A program made the position numbers and the translations under genes. 64,000 bases of DNA from Minisyncoccota bacterium (GTDB lineage Bacteria; Patescibacteriota; Minisyncoccia; Phycocordibacterales; JBAYGS01): contig JBAYGS010000002.1 of assembly GCA_041666545.1 (NCBI GenBank), forward strand, positions 106,395 to 170,394, written 5' to 3'. Shown piece by piece: positions 52,875-62,572 of the stretch. Within the stretch, counting starts at the first letter, position 1, and every line of letters starts with the position of its first letter. Below the pieces are notes generated by a model. That model did not search any database. It saw nothing but the letters and a program-made list of their open reading frames with translations, and was not told where the DNA came from.

Positions 52875-53075
52875 GAAATTAGTTGGTAGTTGGTAGTGAG
52901 TAGTGAGTAGTTTGGAACTCAAAATCACTATCAACCAATAAGATAATGGTTGATAACGGCCTCATAAATGATTGGTCTTAATGATAGCCAAAGGGGATTA
53001 ATTGTAAAGAGTTGACATCCTTAGTATCGAGTGCTAGTTTTTGACTAGAAAAGGCAACTCAAAAGGTGGTTTATT

Positions 53076-53324
53076 ATGACGAAAACTGAATTGGCCAAAC
53101 TTGATTTGGACGCGACCAAGTCTCCGCGGGTCTTAATTGTTAATATTGTCGGGCTGGGTGACACCAACATCGATGCCCCGCCAGGTGACAGCCTTTTTGA
53201 TGTCATTTGTCTGGCCCACTGCGTTCTCTCTAATGAGGCGGTCGCCAATGATGATTTGAGAGGCAGGATTACGGTTCTTGCTTTCACAAGAGACCGAATT
53301 AAAGTCTCAATTTCAGGTACCTGA
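53076..53324 (+). CDS. small hypothetical protein (82 aa) between ftsZ and ftsA, with strong RBS and terminator
   Basis: AAAGGTGG RBS 8 nt before the ATG. Terminator AAAACCGCCCCGAGCTTCGAGGGGCGGTTTTTCTTG at 53325-53365. Confidence 0.4.
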   Translation: MTKTELAKLDLDATKSPRVLIVNIVGLGDTNIDAPPGDSLFDVICLAHCVLSNEAVANDDLRGRITVLAFTRDRIKVSISGT

Positions 53325-53365
53325 AAAACAAAACCGCCCCGAGCTTCGAGGGGCGGTTTTTCTTG
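53325..53365. terminator. bidirectional intrinsic terminator
   Basis: GC hairpin flanked by an A-run and a T-run. Serves the small + gene and the convergent ftsA. Confidence 0.65.
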
Positions 53366-53394
53366 TCTGGGGAATTAATATTTTTTGAAATGAG

Positions 53395-54567
53395 TTATGG
53401 CAAAAATCTCTGAATCATTTTCATCAAATCGCCACCGCCCTGTTTGATCATTTTGGTGCCGAGCGAGGCGTCGTCGCTTGTGGTGAGTCCCCAAATGCAA
53501 AGACCGTAGGCCACTGACCAAGTCGCATCTTTGATATGGTCGCCAAGGTGGGCGCCAAAACTTAGGGTGCCGATTCGCGATGGCAATTTAAGAGCGGCCT
53601 TGGCCAAGTCCTCGATGGTAGTAATTCCTGAACCGCCACCGGTGATGATAATACCGGCCGGCAGAAGGCCACTACGACCAACTTTTTTCAAGTGAGCTTC
53701 GATGAGGTCAAAAATGTCGGAAAGTCTGGCCAAAATAATTTCCTCCAATTTCTTGCGCGGGTACTGGATTTCGCCGTCAGTGCCGACTTTCAATTTCTCG
53801 GCGTCTTCGAGAGAAATTTTTAGACCCAGAGCAATATCGTTGGTAATGTCGGTCGAGCCAATGGGAAAAACATCGAGCGAGATTGGAATGTTGTTTTCAA
53901 AAATAGCGATTGAGACAGTTTCGGAACCGATGTTGGCAAGGACGCAGCCGGCAATTTTTTGCTGTTTGGAAAGGGTGACCAGACTGGCCGCAAGCGGGGC
54001 AGCCATAACATCTTCGACATCAACACCGGCCTCGGCGACGGCCTGAATCAAATCATTCAAATGCTGTTCAAGTGAAGTGATGAAGAGAGTTCGGACTTCA
54101 AGTTTGCTCCCACGCATACCATGTGGCCTTCCCAAAACCGGTTTACCGTCGACTTTGTATTGCAGGGGAATGGTGTGCAAAATTTTCCGGTTGGCTGATT
54201 GTGAAGCCGGAATATCGCGTTCGCTTTGTTCCAAAACCTTCTTAACATCAAGCTCGGTAATTTCGGAATCGGCTTTGGAAACCACGACCGAAGCCTGGGA
54301 CGTCACACTGCCAAGACCGATGCCTCCAACCGAAACGAAAGCTTTGCGAATTTTTATTTTGGCAGTTTTCTCGGCCTGTTCAATCGCGACACGCAGACTT
54401 CTGGCGGCGTCGCTTAGGCTGATGATGTAGCCGTGTCTAAGGCCCCGACTCTCGGCGTAACCCATGCCTAAAATTTGAGGATTTGGTTTATCCTTCAGGT
54501 GTTCGGCCACTACCACTTTGATTTGATATGACCCGATGTCAATGCCGACTGCGATTTTGCGCGCCAT
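53395..54567 (-). CDS. ftsA: cell division protein FtsA
   Basis: Actin-like ATPase motifs (IAVGIDIGSYQIKVVVAE, GGGSG) at typical FtsA length. Confidence 0.85.
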   Translation of the reverse strand: MARKIAVGIDIGSYQIKVVVAEHLKDKPNPQILGMGYAESRGLRHGYIISLSDAARSLRVAIEQAEKTAKIKIRKAFVSVGGIGLGSVTSQASVVVSKADSEITELDVKKVLEQSERDIPASQSANRKILHTIPLQYKVDGKPVLGRPHGMRGSKLEVRTLFITSLEQHLNDLIQAVAEAGVDVEDVMAAPLAASLVTLSKQQKIAGCVLANIGSETVSIAIFENNIPISLDVFPIGSTDITNDIALGLKISLEDAEKLKVGTDGEIQYPRKKLEEIILARLSDIFDLIEAHLKKVGRSGLLPAGIIITGGGSGITTIEDLAKAALKLPSRIGTLSFGAHLGDHIKDATWSVAYGLCIWGLTTSDDASLGTKMIKQGGGDLMKMIQRFLP

Positions 54568-54662
54568 AAGATTTTATGGGCCAATTATAGCACTAAAAAG
54601 AAAAGGCCGAATGCCAAAATTTGGCTTAACTGTGGATTAGGTTTGGCGATTGGTGTCTTGGC

Positions 54663-55070
54663 TTAGATTTGGAAATGCCGGCGACAGGTCACCTCCAATT
54701 TTTCCATTTTAGCGCCATGGTCGAGGCCCTTGAGATGAAAAAGTCCGTGGATAAAAAGGAAAAGCAAAAAGTTTTCAAAAGGCCGGTCAAATTTGACGGC
54801 TTCGGTGGCGCTGGTTTTCAAATCCAGATAAATTTCGCCCTCGTCTTTGGAAAGCGGGAAGCTTAAAATGTCGGTTGAGTGATTTTTCGCGCGATATTTC
54901 AAGTTTAATTTTTTTGATTCGGCCGGAGTGATGAGGTTTAGGTTAAGCTGGTATTTCGGGCCCAAAACATGATTTTTAATCGGCTCAAAGGGAAGCCCCG
55001 CCGCGCTCTTAAGCGCGGCGGGGCCCGTAACTAACTTTGAAATATTGAGATTGAAGGTCGCCTCCTTCAT
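54663..55070 (-). CDS. ybeY: rRNA maturation endoribonuclease YbeY
   Basis: HGLFHLKGLDHG metal-binding H3xH5xH motif. Confidence 0.75.
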   Translation of the reverse strand: MKEATFNLNISKLVTGPAALKSAAGLPFEPIKNHVLGPKYQLNLNLITPAESKKLNLKYRAKNHSTDILSFPLSKDEGEIYLDLKTSATEAVKFDRPFENFLLFLFIHGLFHLKGLDHGAKMEKLEVTCRRHFQI

Positions 55071-55071
55071 T

Positions 55072-55326
55072 TTAGGCGGTTCGCTTGCCGTGGACGACTT
55101 TCTCGGCCATCTTGCCGAGTTTGATTAGTTTGGCAACTTCAGCGCGTCTGGCTAGAACCTTTAGGGTCTTCATTTTGACCTTGTATGATGAAAGTTTTCG
55201 GGTCTGATAACGGATTCCGCGAACTCGAGGCAAAACGCCAGAACCTTGGACGCGTTTGGTAAAACGGCGCAAAGCGCTTAGGTTATTCTCGGTCGGATTT
55301 CTAGTTATTTCAACATTAATTGGCAT
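55072..55326 (-). CDS. rpsU: 30S ribosomal protein S21 (probable)
   Basis: ALRRFTKRVQGSGVLPRVRGIRY parallels the S21 core [24 protein letters not shown]. Basic C-terminus. Start taken at the internal MPINVEI. Confidence 0.5.
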   Translation of the reverse strand: MPINVEITRNPTENNLSALRRFTKRVQGSGVLPRVRGIRYQTRKLSSYKVKMKTLKVLARRAEVAKLIKLGKMAEKVVHGKRTA

Positions 55327-55509
55327 GGGGCATAGCTTAACATGACTCTGAATTGCGGGCAAGTGCGAATAGCTAGGCGATTTTAAGGCTTAGGATGTGT
55401 TCTGAAATGAAAATGTAAATCTCAAAAATGAAAATGACAGTTGAAAAGGCAAAAATTTCTTAAAAATTTAGAATTTTAATATGTCATTTTCCATTTTGAC
55501 ATTTCCGAT

Positions 55510-56748
55510 TTAGATTTTCCTCAGGTATTTCGGCAAGTCGGCGATTGGCACAGTTTCTTGCGAACGGTTGGCCAGATTGCGGACAATGACCGAGTTTTCG
55601 ACGGCTTCTTTCTGGCCCATAATCATAATATAAGGAACGCCCATTTTTTCGGCGGCGGCAAATTGACTGCCAAGGCGGTCGCGGGAGATAGACTGGTAAA
55701 CCGGAATTTTGGCGTGGCGCAAAAGTTCGATGACGCCCAAGCTTTTGCGCTTGGCTTCAAAACCGAGCTGGATGTAAAAAACTTTCGGCTTCTTGATTCG
55801 ATGGTTGGTTCCGGCCGATTTGTTTTTTCTTTCATAACTTACCGAGATGCCGACACTCGGAATGTCCCGTCTCGCGCCCAATTTTCTGGCCAAGCCCTCA
55901 TAGCGCGCGCCGTAGGCCAGGGGTGGTTTACTGCGGTCATTGCCGTCTTCGCGAATTTCAAAAATTGTGCCGGTTTCAAAATTGCGATTGCCGACGAGCG
56001 AGTTGTTGATTTGGTAGGAGACACCGGTGCTCTCGAGAAACTCCAAAATTTCCTGGAAGTGAATGCGGTCGGTTTCGTTCAGAAAGCTCACAGCTCGCGG
56101 GGCGCTCTCGGTCAATTTCAAACAGCAATCGTGGCTGTTGCAACCCAAGACCTCAAAAGCTCCGTCTTTGAAAGCCTGCCGACAACCAGCCGAAAGGTCA
56201 CCCAAGTGTTTGCGATAATAGGCGGTAAGCTCTCGGCTAAATTTAGTGGCCGAATCGCTGTTGCCTAGACTGTTGATTTCAATGTGGAGATTTTCAAAAC
56301 CCTCTTCTTTCAAAATAGCGATGACAGTTTCCAAAATCAAAGCCTCGGCGATGCTCTTGGTGGTGCCCATAATTTCCAAACCGAAACTCACATGTTTGGA
56401 GCCGGCTTTAGTCGACTTTTTTTCACCCGGCAGAGGCGTGCGGTAAAAGATTGAAACTGGCGGATTTTCGGCGCCCCAGTTTTTCTCGGCAAAAGTTCGC
56501 ATGATTGCCACGCGTTCTTCAAGCGGGAAGCGCGGGCCGTCGGCGCCTTTGCGCGGGTCGGATTCTTCCAGACCCTTAGCCTTGGCGATGTCGTCCTTTT
56601 TGATGATCGGGTCGGTAGTGGTTTTGAAACCGTAATAAACGGCAACCTCAGCCGGTGTATCCATTTTGCCTTCGAGATAAATTTCTTTCTCGGTGCTTTT
56701 CTTGGCAGATTTAGAAGTTTTCTTTTTGGCTGAAGCTTGTTTTTTCAT
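55510..56748 (-). CDS. hisS: histidyl-tRNA synthetase-like class II aaRS (divergent N-terminal region)
   Basis: HisRS-like core (FGLEIMG..., EINSLGN, VLGCNSHDC, LVGNRNFETGTIFE) and a class IIa anticodon-binding domain (GVPYIMIMGQKEAVENSVIVRNL). Lys-rich N-terminal extension. Motif 2 appears degenerate. Confidence 0.55.
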   Translation of the reverse strand: MKKQASAKKKTSKSAKKSTEKEIYLEGKMDTPAEVAVYYGFKTTTDPIIKKDDIAKAKGLEESDPRKGADGPRFPLEERVAIMRTFAEKNWGAENPPVSIFYRTPLPGEKKSTKAGSKHVSFGLEIMGTTKSIAEALILETVIAILKEEGFENLHIEINSLGNSDSATKFSRELTAYYRKHLGDLSAGCRQAFKDGAFEVLGCNSHDCCLKLTESAPRAVSFLNETDRIHFQEILEFLESTGVSYQINNSLVGNRNFETGTIFEIREDGNDRSKPPLAYGARYEGLARKLGARRDIPSVGISVSYERKNKSAGTNHRIKKPKVFYIQLGFEAKRKSLGVIELLRHAKIPVYQSISRDRLGSQFAAAEKMGVPYIMIMGQKEAVENSVIVRNLANRSQETVPIADLPKYLRKI

Positions 56749-56765
56749 AAGCGTTTTGTTTTTAG

Positions 56766-57362
56766 TTAAAAATCATATTCTCCCGGAAAGGCTGCAAAGG
56801 TCGAAATTGGGGCAAGACGAAACAGTGCGCGACCGACGATTAATTTCTCCGGTAGCGGTCCCCAGAATCGGGAATCCGAACTCGCAGCGCGATTGTCGCC
56901 CATCACGAAGTATTCGTCCGGTCCCAAAACTCGCTTTTGGTTGCCACCCAGCGGATATTTAATATACGGTTCGCTAAGCTCTTGGCGCACACCTTTGGTA
57001 TTTCTAATCTCGATTTTCCCATCCTTGATTGTGATGGTCTCGGTGGGCAAGCCGATGATTCGCTTGATGAAAAATTTGGTCGTGTCTTTCGGATAGTGGA
57101 AGACGATGACTTCGCCGCGCTTGGGTGCCTCAAAATGATAGCTAAGCTCGTCGATAATTAAGTATTGGCCAGAGAGAAAGGTCGGCTCCATTGAAGAACC
57201 GGAGACAATAAAAGGCGAGGCGATGAAAAGACGGATTGGAATGACAATGACAAGGGCGACAATGGCAAAGCGAACGAGTTCGCCCCAGGAGTTTGGGCGC
57301 TTTTTCGGAGTTTCAACTAGAATTTCTTTCGGCTCGGAATTTTCTAATTTGTTTTCCTCCAT
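56766..57362 (-). CDS. lepB: signal peptidase I
   Basis: SGSSMEPTF (catalytic Ser box), GDNRAASSDSRFWG (box E). Confidence 0.8.
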   Translation of the reverse strand: MEENKLENSEPKEILVETPKKRPNSWGELVRFAIVALVIVIPIRLFIASPFIVSGSSMEPTFLSGQYLIIDELSYHFEAPKRGEVIVFHYPKDTTKFFIKRIIGLPTETITIKDGKIEIRNTKGVRQELSEPYIKYPLGGNQKRVLGPDEYFVMGDNRAASSDSRFWGPLPEKLIVGRALFRLAPISTFAAFPGEYDF

Positions 57363-57679
57363 CCCGTTAGAGATAGGAAACGCCCGGGTTGTTGTGATAT
57401 TGGGGCATTTTCCTATAAGTTATCATTGCTAATAATTTATCCGACTTTTTGTTTGGTGGCGTTTCCGCGGAGTTATTGAATGTAATTCTGAACTTTAGCT
57501 TGCTGTGAAATTTCCAACTGTCTTTGCGTATCGAAACAAAATATCTCTAACGGGATCCATAAGTGGGGCAATTGTATTACAACCGCTATGATTTACACAA
57601 GGGTGTTTCGTGTGTCGTGTTGAATTTAGTGCCCGAGGTGGTCATGCTATAATCTTTTCATCTTAATTCAAAATTTTTT

Positions 57680-58276
57680 ATGTCTTACATCATCGCTGGT
57701 TTAGGTAATCCCGGAGAAGAATATTTAAATACTCGACACAATGTCGGGCGAATCGTTTTGGAAGTGTTTAGAAAATCTCAAGAATTGCCGGATTGGGAAT
57801 TTGATAAAAAACTTAAGGCCCTTGTATCCAAAGGTAAAGGGTCAAATGTCAAAGGTCAATTGTCACTTGTTCTTCCTGAGACTTTCATGAATAAATCCGG
57901 CGAGACACTTAAACAGTTGGTGAAGAGTAAAAAAGCGGCGCTTGGGCTTGCGGTGATTCACGACGATTTGGACATTCCGCTTGGCAAATATAAAATTTCT
58001 TTTAATAAGAGCTCCGGTGGTCATCGCGGAGTCGAGTCGATTATCCGCACGATTAAAACTCAAGAGTTTGTGCGAATTCGGGTCGGCATCTCGCCGGCGA
58101 CGCCGTCCGGCAAAATCAAAAAACCGCAAGGGGAGAAAGCGGTGGGAGATTTTATCATCAGTGAATTTAAAAAGCCGGAGCTTGAAACTATCAAAAAAAT
58201 TGCCAAAAGAATTGCCGAAGCGCTCGAATGTCTGGCGAATGAGGGGAAGGATAAGGCGATGAGTCAGTTTAACTAG
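57680..58276 (+). CDS. pth: peptidyl-tRNA hydrolase
   Basis: IIAGLGNPGEEYLNTRHNVG N-terminal signature. HDDLDIPLG. Confidence 0.85.
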   Translation: MSYIIAGLGNPGEEYLNTRHNVGRIVLEVFRKSQELPDWEFDKKLKALVSKGKGSNVKGQLSLVLPETFMNKSGETLKQLVKSKKAALGLAVIHDDLDIPLGKYKISFNKSSGGHRGVESIIRTIKTQEFVRIRVGISPATPSGKIKKPQGEKAVGDFIISEFKKPELETIKKIAKRIAEALECLANEGKDKAMSQFN

Positions 58277-58350
58277 CCCCGACGCTTTGTCAGACAAAGG
58301 TCGGGGTCCCGACTTCTGACGTTGGGATTAGTAGTGGGTAGTAAGTAGTT
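58277..58350 (+). repeat. composite double-hairpin element (copy 2) + GTAGT repeat
   Basis: CCCCGACGCTTTGTCAGACAAAGGTCGGGG + TCCCGACTTCTGACGTTGGGA + TTAGTAGTGGGTAGTAAGTAGTT, immediately after the pth stop. Confidence 0.6.
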
Positions 58351-58514
58351 AGGAAAACAAAGAGAGAAACAAAGAGAGAAAAGAGGCCGAAGTTTCGCCA
58401 CGAAACTTCGGCCTCTTGACATTTTAAATAAGTCCTGTAGCATGAGTGGTAGAAATTTGGGCAACTTTTTACTGGTGTAAATAAGCTCCGCTCAAACAAT
58501 CTGAAAGGTGTTCT

Positions 58515-59519
58515 ATGAAAACTGCCGAAACTGTCGTGTTGGATTACGCTCCGGGTGCCGGAATCAAACAGGCTTTGGCCCATGCCAGAGTCGTTCCGGT
58601 CACCGACGATCTCGCTGAACGCGAGTCTTGTCTCAAGAAGATCCAAGGAATTCGCTCTCGACTTTTGCCGGTTGAGGCAGAAGCCTCGGCAGAGTTGGCC
58701 AAACAGGAAAGGGTGGCTCTCGAAGAAGTTGGCCTAGCCAAGACGATGAACAACATTTCACATCTCGGCGAAGCCAAATTGCTCGACCCGGCCGCGTTTG
58801 CTGTGCGCAACAAAGATGGTCTGCCGCTTTTGGCGCCATTTAGTTTGGGGAGCGCTGAAGCGACCATTCAGAGTGAAGGCAATGATGTCCTTCCGGTCTG
58901 CTGTCTAAATTATTACCGGGATGTCAAGGAAAAGTTGGCCGCCCGGAATGGTTTCTTGGGAAGTCTGATTTTTCCCATTTTCGCCGTCGCTTTGGCCTAC
59001 CTGTTTTTCTGGCTCAGTGACCTGACTGTTTCGTCTGTCTTGGATCAGACTTTTCCGGCGTCGATTTTATTCGGCACCGTTTTATTTATAACCGCGATTG
59101 TGGCGGAAGCGACTGAAGGCAGACTCAAGCAGGGTATAATTTTCGGGGCTTGCTTTCTTTTGTTGATGGTACTCTGGCCAATCGCAGGTCTTCTTATTCT
59201 GGGAGCCTTTTCGCAAATCTCTTTCAGGCGTCTCTGGGTCGCGAGTGCCAAATTCTCTGGCATGATTCCGGCTTCGGCCCGTGCCAAGATTAACGAAGCT
59301 AAGTTGTGTGGCGGTTTCAAGGAAATCTTCCTGCTCGCCGAAGTGCCGAGATGGGAAGTCAGGAATGAACCGATGCCGATGCCGACTTTGAAGGGTGACC
59401 CTCTCACGGTCGGTTTCGACGGCGAGCGGTTCTGGCTTATTGATGCGTGGGAAACGACCACGGCCGAGCAGTATGTTGCCGATGAGTTCGTCACCAAGCC
59501 AAATGATCCGGCGGTCTAA
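58515..59519 (+). CDS. hypothetical membrane protein, paralog A of a tandem pair
   Basis: Shares YYRDVKEKLAARN...LIFPIFAVALAYLFF and the C-terminal GMIPASARAK...EVPRWEV blocks with the next gene. Identical RBS/start context GAAAGGTGTTCTATGAAAA. Confidence 0.4.
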   Translation: MKTAETVVLDYAPGAGIKQALAHARVVPVTDDLAERESCLKKIQGIRSRLLPVEAEASAELAKQERVALEEVGLAKTMNNISHLGEAKLLDPAAFAVRNKDGLPLLAPFSLGSAEATIQSEGNDVLPVCCLNYYRDVKEKLAARNGFLGSLIFPIFAVALAYLFFWLSDLTVSSVLDQTFPASILFGTVLFITAIVAEATEGRLKQGIIFGACFLLLMVLWPIAGLLILGAFSQISFRRLWVASAKFSGMIPASARAKINEAKLCGGFKEIFLLAEVPRWEVRNEPMPMPTLKGDPLTVGFDGERFWLIDAWETTTAEQYVADEFVTKPNDPAV

Positions 59520-59756
59520 TTGTCTCAGCAGTTCCTCGCAACCACTCGATTGATTCGGGTGGTTTTTTAGTTAGCTTTTAGCTACTAGCTATTGGCTGTT
59601 AGGAAGAAGGGGAAGCAGAAGAGCCCCGAAAACTTGCCGCAAGTTTTCGGGGCTCTTCTGCTTTACAAACCAAGTTTTTTGTTTATCATGGCAAACAGAC
59701 TCCCGACAACTCTTTGCTTCCGCAAAAAGCTCTGTTTGGAAAAAGAAAGGTGTTCT

Positions 59757-60758
59757 ATGAAAAAAGCTGACTTGCCGGTCGAAAACCTCGCAGATTTTCT
59801 TGAGGAGCCTCTTGCTCTTGTTGATATCGAGGCTCTTGAGGCGAAGCTTCAGGAGGCGCAAAGCAGGATTTCATCAGCCAAAAGTCACGCGGAGACGCGG
59901 CCCTGGTGCGCCTTGCGAGATGACTTGGGAAATCAAATCTGGAAAGGCGTGGCGCTTAACCGTATCTTGAGTCTGGGAGAAGTCCGGCCGCTCAAGCCGG
60001 AGATCTTCACCGAGCGAGACAAAAATGGCTGGCCGACTTGGGTGCCATTTGAGCTCAATCGTCGTCCTGTGGAATTTGTCGGTGGTCTTGGCTGCGACCT
60101 GCCGGGCCATTGCGCCGAATTTTATCGTGATGTTTACCGGAAACTGGAGAAGCGGAACTCCTACTTGAACTGCCTGCTTTTTCCGGTTCTCGCCCTGATT
60201 CTTTGTTTCCTTGGGCTGACTTATTGGCCCGCAGGAACCTTGAAATTTTTCTCGGTGATAAACTGGATTGCCGGCGGCGTTTTTGTAGTCGGGGTTGTCG
60301 CTTTGGTCTCAATCTTTTTCGGTAACAATGGTTCAGGATTGGATCCGGACAAAGTGTCAACTGAAGACTTTGCTTTTGGAATTGGTATTCTGCTTTTACT
60401 GGCTGCGGCCCTCTGGCATTGGTCGATTACGGTTATATTTACCTTGGGAATCTTGTCGCATCGTTGCCTCAAGCGAACCTGGTGGATGAAAGCGCGACTT
60501 GTCGGTTTCATGCCGACTTCGGTTAAGGCCTTACGGAGGCGTGCCGATGATGGGCGTTGCTTCAGTCGCGTCTTTCTGGTTGCGAGGGTGCCGAAATGGC
60601 GAGTCGGTGTCGCGCCCGAAGCGGTACCGACGAGTTTCAAGAGTCATCTGCTGGTCGGTTATCGCGATCACGGCTACTGGTTGATCAGCAGGTTTGATGC
60701 CCTCGAAGACGGAGTCTCCAATCTGGAGACCGATTTAATTGGCGCGTTCAATTATTGA
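59757..60758 (+). CDS. hypothetical membrane protein, paralog B (start at MKKADLPVE)
   Basis: Paralog of 58515-59519 (FYRDVYRKLEKRN...LLFPVLALILCFLGL; GFMPTSVKAL...RVPKWRV). Followed by the terminator CCCCTCACTTGCGAGCAAGTGGGGGGTTTT. Confidence 0.4.
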   Translation: MKKADLPVENLADFLEEPLALVDIEALEAKLQEAQSRISSAKSHAETRPWCALRDDLGNQIWKGVALNRILSLGEVRPLKPEIFTERDKNGWPTWVPFELNRRPVEFVGGLGCDLPGHCAEFYRDVYRKLEKRNSYLNCLLFPVLALILCFLGLTYWPAGTLKFFSVINWIAGGVFVVGVVALVSIFFGNNGSGLDPDKVSTEDFAFGIGILLLLAAALWHWSITVIFTLGILSHRCLKRTWWMKARLVGFMPTSVKALRRRADDGRCFSRVFLVARVPKWRVGVAPEAVPTSFKSHLLVGYRDHGYWLISRFDALEDGVSNLETDLIGAFNY

Positions 60759-60838
60759 AAACCGCCCCTCACTTGCGAGCAAGTGGGGGGTTTTAAATTT
60801 AAAAGCCCCGCGCATGTTGCATGCGCGGGGCGAAGTCG

Positions 60839-61177
60839 TCAGCCGATTTTGCTGGCGTAGGTCGAAGGATTAGGGTCCGGATTTTTTCGGTCGAATTCGG
60901 CGCCGGCCTTTTGCATGAAATCCAATTTGGCGAGATTGTGCATCTGTTTCTTGATTTGACGGTCGGCATCGACACGCCGGAGTCTCTCAAACTCCCTCTT
61001 TGTTCGGAATTTTTCTGCTCGGATTTTTTTGGCGAGAGCTTTCGGCAGAGTTTGCCCGGTCTCGAGTACGGATTTCACTCTGGCCAGTAGGTCTTCCAGG
61101 AATTCCGAGCGACACTCGGGATGCCAAGGCGTAGTAGTCATTCTTTCGCAGTAAGGACAGGGTCTGATACAAGCCAT
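60839..61177 (-). CDS. hypothetical CxxC protein (112 aa)
   Basis: CIRPCPYCE...C cysteine cluster and a basic helical C-terminus. Terminator GCCCCGCGCATGTTGCATGCGCGGGGC downstream on the minus strand. Confidence 0.3.
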   Translation of the reverse strand: MACIRPCPYCERMTTTPWHPECRSEFLEDLLARVKSVLETGQTLPKALAKKIRAEKFRTKREFERLRRVDADRQIKKQMHNLAKLDFMQKAGAEFDRKNPDPNPSTYASKIG

Positions 61178-61235
61178 AATTTTCCTTTCTCTTCTCGGCT
61201 TAGATTACATCTTTAAATTAGTTTGTCAATCAAAA

Positions 61236-61262
61236 CCCCCGCTCGTTTCGAGCGGGGGTTTT
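61236..61262. terminator. bidirectional terminator (CCCCCGCTCGTTTCGAGCGGGGG)
   Basis: GC hairpin between an A-run and a T-run, downstream of rpsA (minus). Confidence 0.6.
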
Positions 61263-61296
61263 GTCTTATTCTCCACTACTTACTACTACCTACTAA

Positions 61297-61347
61297 TCCT
61301 GACGTCAGAAGTCGGGACCCCGACCTTTGTAAGACAAAGCGTCGGGG
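61297..61347 (-). repeat. composite double-hairpin element (copy 3, inverted) flanked by GTAGT repeats
   Basis: TGACGTCAGAAGTCGGGA + CCCCGACCTTTGTAAGACAAAGCGTCGGGG, with CTACTTACTAC tracts on both sides (61273-61296 and 61348-61362). Confidence 0.6.
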
Positions 61348-61354
61348 CTACTTA

Positions 61355-62572
61355 CTACTTAGTCGCCTCAACAAAAGACAGCGCCATCTTCTGCTCCTTG
61401 GCATCAAAGAGGGCAATCTTGAATGAGTAGGTTTTGCCGAGCTCCAATTTCTCGCGCAACTTTTCTTCACTGCCAAATTCGCTCACATGGACCAAACCGG
61501 CCACACCCTCTTCAATTGAGGCGAGAGCGCCATGCTTGTTGAATTTGATGACCACGCCCTTGACCAGCTGATCTTTCTTGTATTTCTTGCCGGCCTCAAT
61601 CCAAGGGTTCGGCTTCAGGGCCTTGATGGAGAGGGAAATTTTGCCATCTTTGACATCGATGACTTTGACGCGGATTTTGTCGCCGACTTTGTAAAGCAAT
61701 TTTGGATTTTCAACCAGCGCCCAATCCATTTCGCTGATGTGGACCAAACCTTCGAGACCGTCTTCAACTTTCACGAAGACTCCGAAATCAACGATGCCGG
61801 TGACTTCGCCATCCAAAACATCGCCAATCGTGTATTTCTCGACAATTTTTTCCTTTTCCTTCTGTTCAGGATTTTTCTCGGAGAAAATCAGCTTGCCTTC
61901 TTTAGGGTTGGCGCCGATAATCGCGACGGCAATTTTCTGGCCGAGCAATTTTTTCAATTCTTCCAAAATTCGGTCCTTGTCGCCATCCTCAACGCGAGGG
62001 TAGTGCTCTGGCTTCAACTGGGAAGCCGGCAAGAAACCGGAGATGCCTTGCCATTCCAAAATCAAACCGCCTTTGTTGGCCTCTTTGACTGGCAATTCGA
62101 AAATAGTTTTCGAGGCGATAGCCGCTTCGGCTTCGCTCCAAACAATCGCTTGGCGAGCTTCCTTGAGGGAAAGTTCCCAATAACCTTCTTCGTGGTCGGT
62201 GCCGACAACCTTGGCCGCGATGACATCGCCGACATTGATTTTTTTAATGATTTCTCGGGCAACGATAAATTCCCGGCCGTAAATGATACCGGTTCCGTAC
62301 GGAGCGAGGTCGACATAGACGGAAGCTTTTTCGATGGCAATCACCGGACCTTCAACCAAGTCGCCAACTGATGGCGGGTTCTTGGTTTCGGACATCAACT
62401 TGCCCATCAAGCTCTGCTTCTTTTGGCGGGCTTCTTTTTCTTCGTTGGTTTCCTCGACTTTATCTTTTTCTTTAATTTCTTTGGTGGCCTTCTTGGCCTC
62501 CTTGGTTTCTACAACTTCTTCGGCCACTTTGACTTCATCAGTCTTGGCCGACTTTCTGCTAAAAATTCCCAT
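61355..62572 (-). CDS. rpsA: 30S ribosomal protein S1 (four S1 domains)
   Basis: Repeated S1 OB-fold modules (GxV.G.V..I..FG.FV) and a Lys/Glu-rich N-terminus. Confidence 0.8.
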   Translation of the reverse strand: MGIFSRKSAKTDEVKVAEEVVETKEAKKATKEIKEKDKVEETNEEKEARQKKQSLMGKLMSETKNPPSVGDLVEGPVIAIEKASVYVDLAPYGTGIIYGREFIVAREIIKKINVGDVIAAKVVGTDHEEGYWELSLKEARQAIVWSEAEAAIASKTIFELPVKEANKGGLILEWQGISGFLPASQLKPEHYPRVEDGDKDRILEELKKLLGQKIAVAIIGANPKEGKLIFSEKNPEQKEKEKIVEKYTIGDVLDGEVTGIVDFGVFVKVEDGLEGLVHISEMDWALVENPKLLYKVGDKIRVKVIDVKDGKISLSIKALKPNPWIEAGKKYKKDQLVKGVVIKFNKHGALASIEEGVAGLVHVSEFGSEEKLREKLELGKTYSFKIALFDAKEQKMALSFVEATK

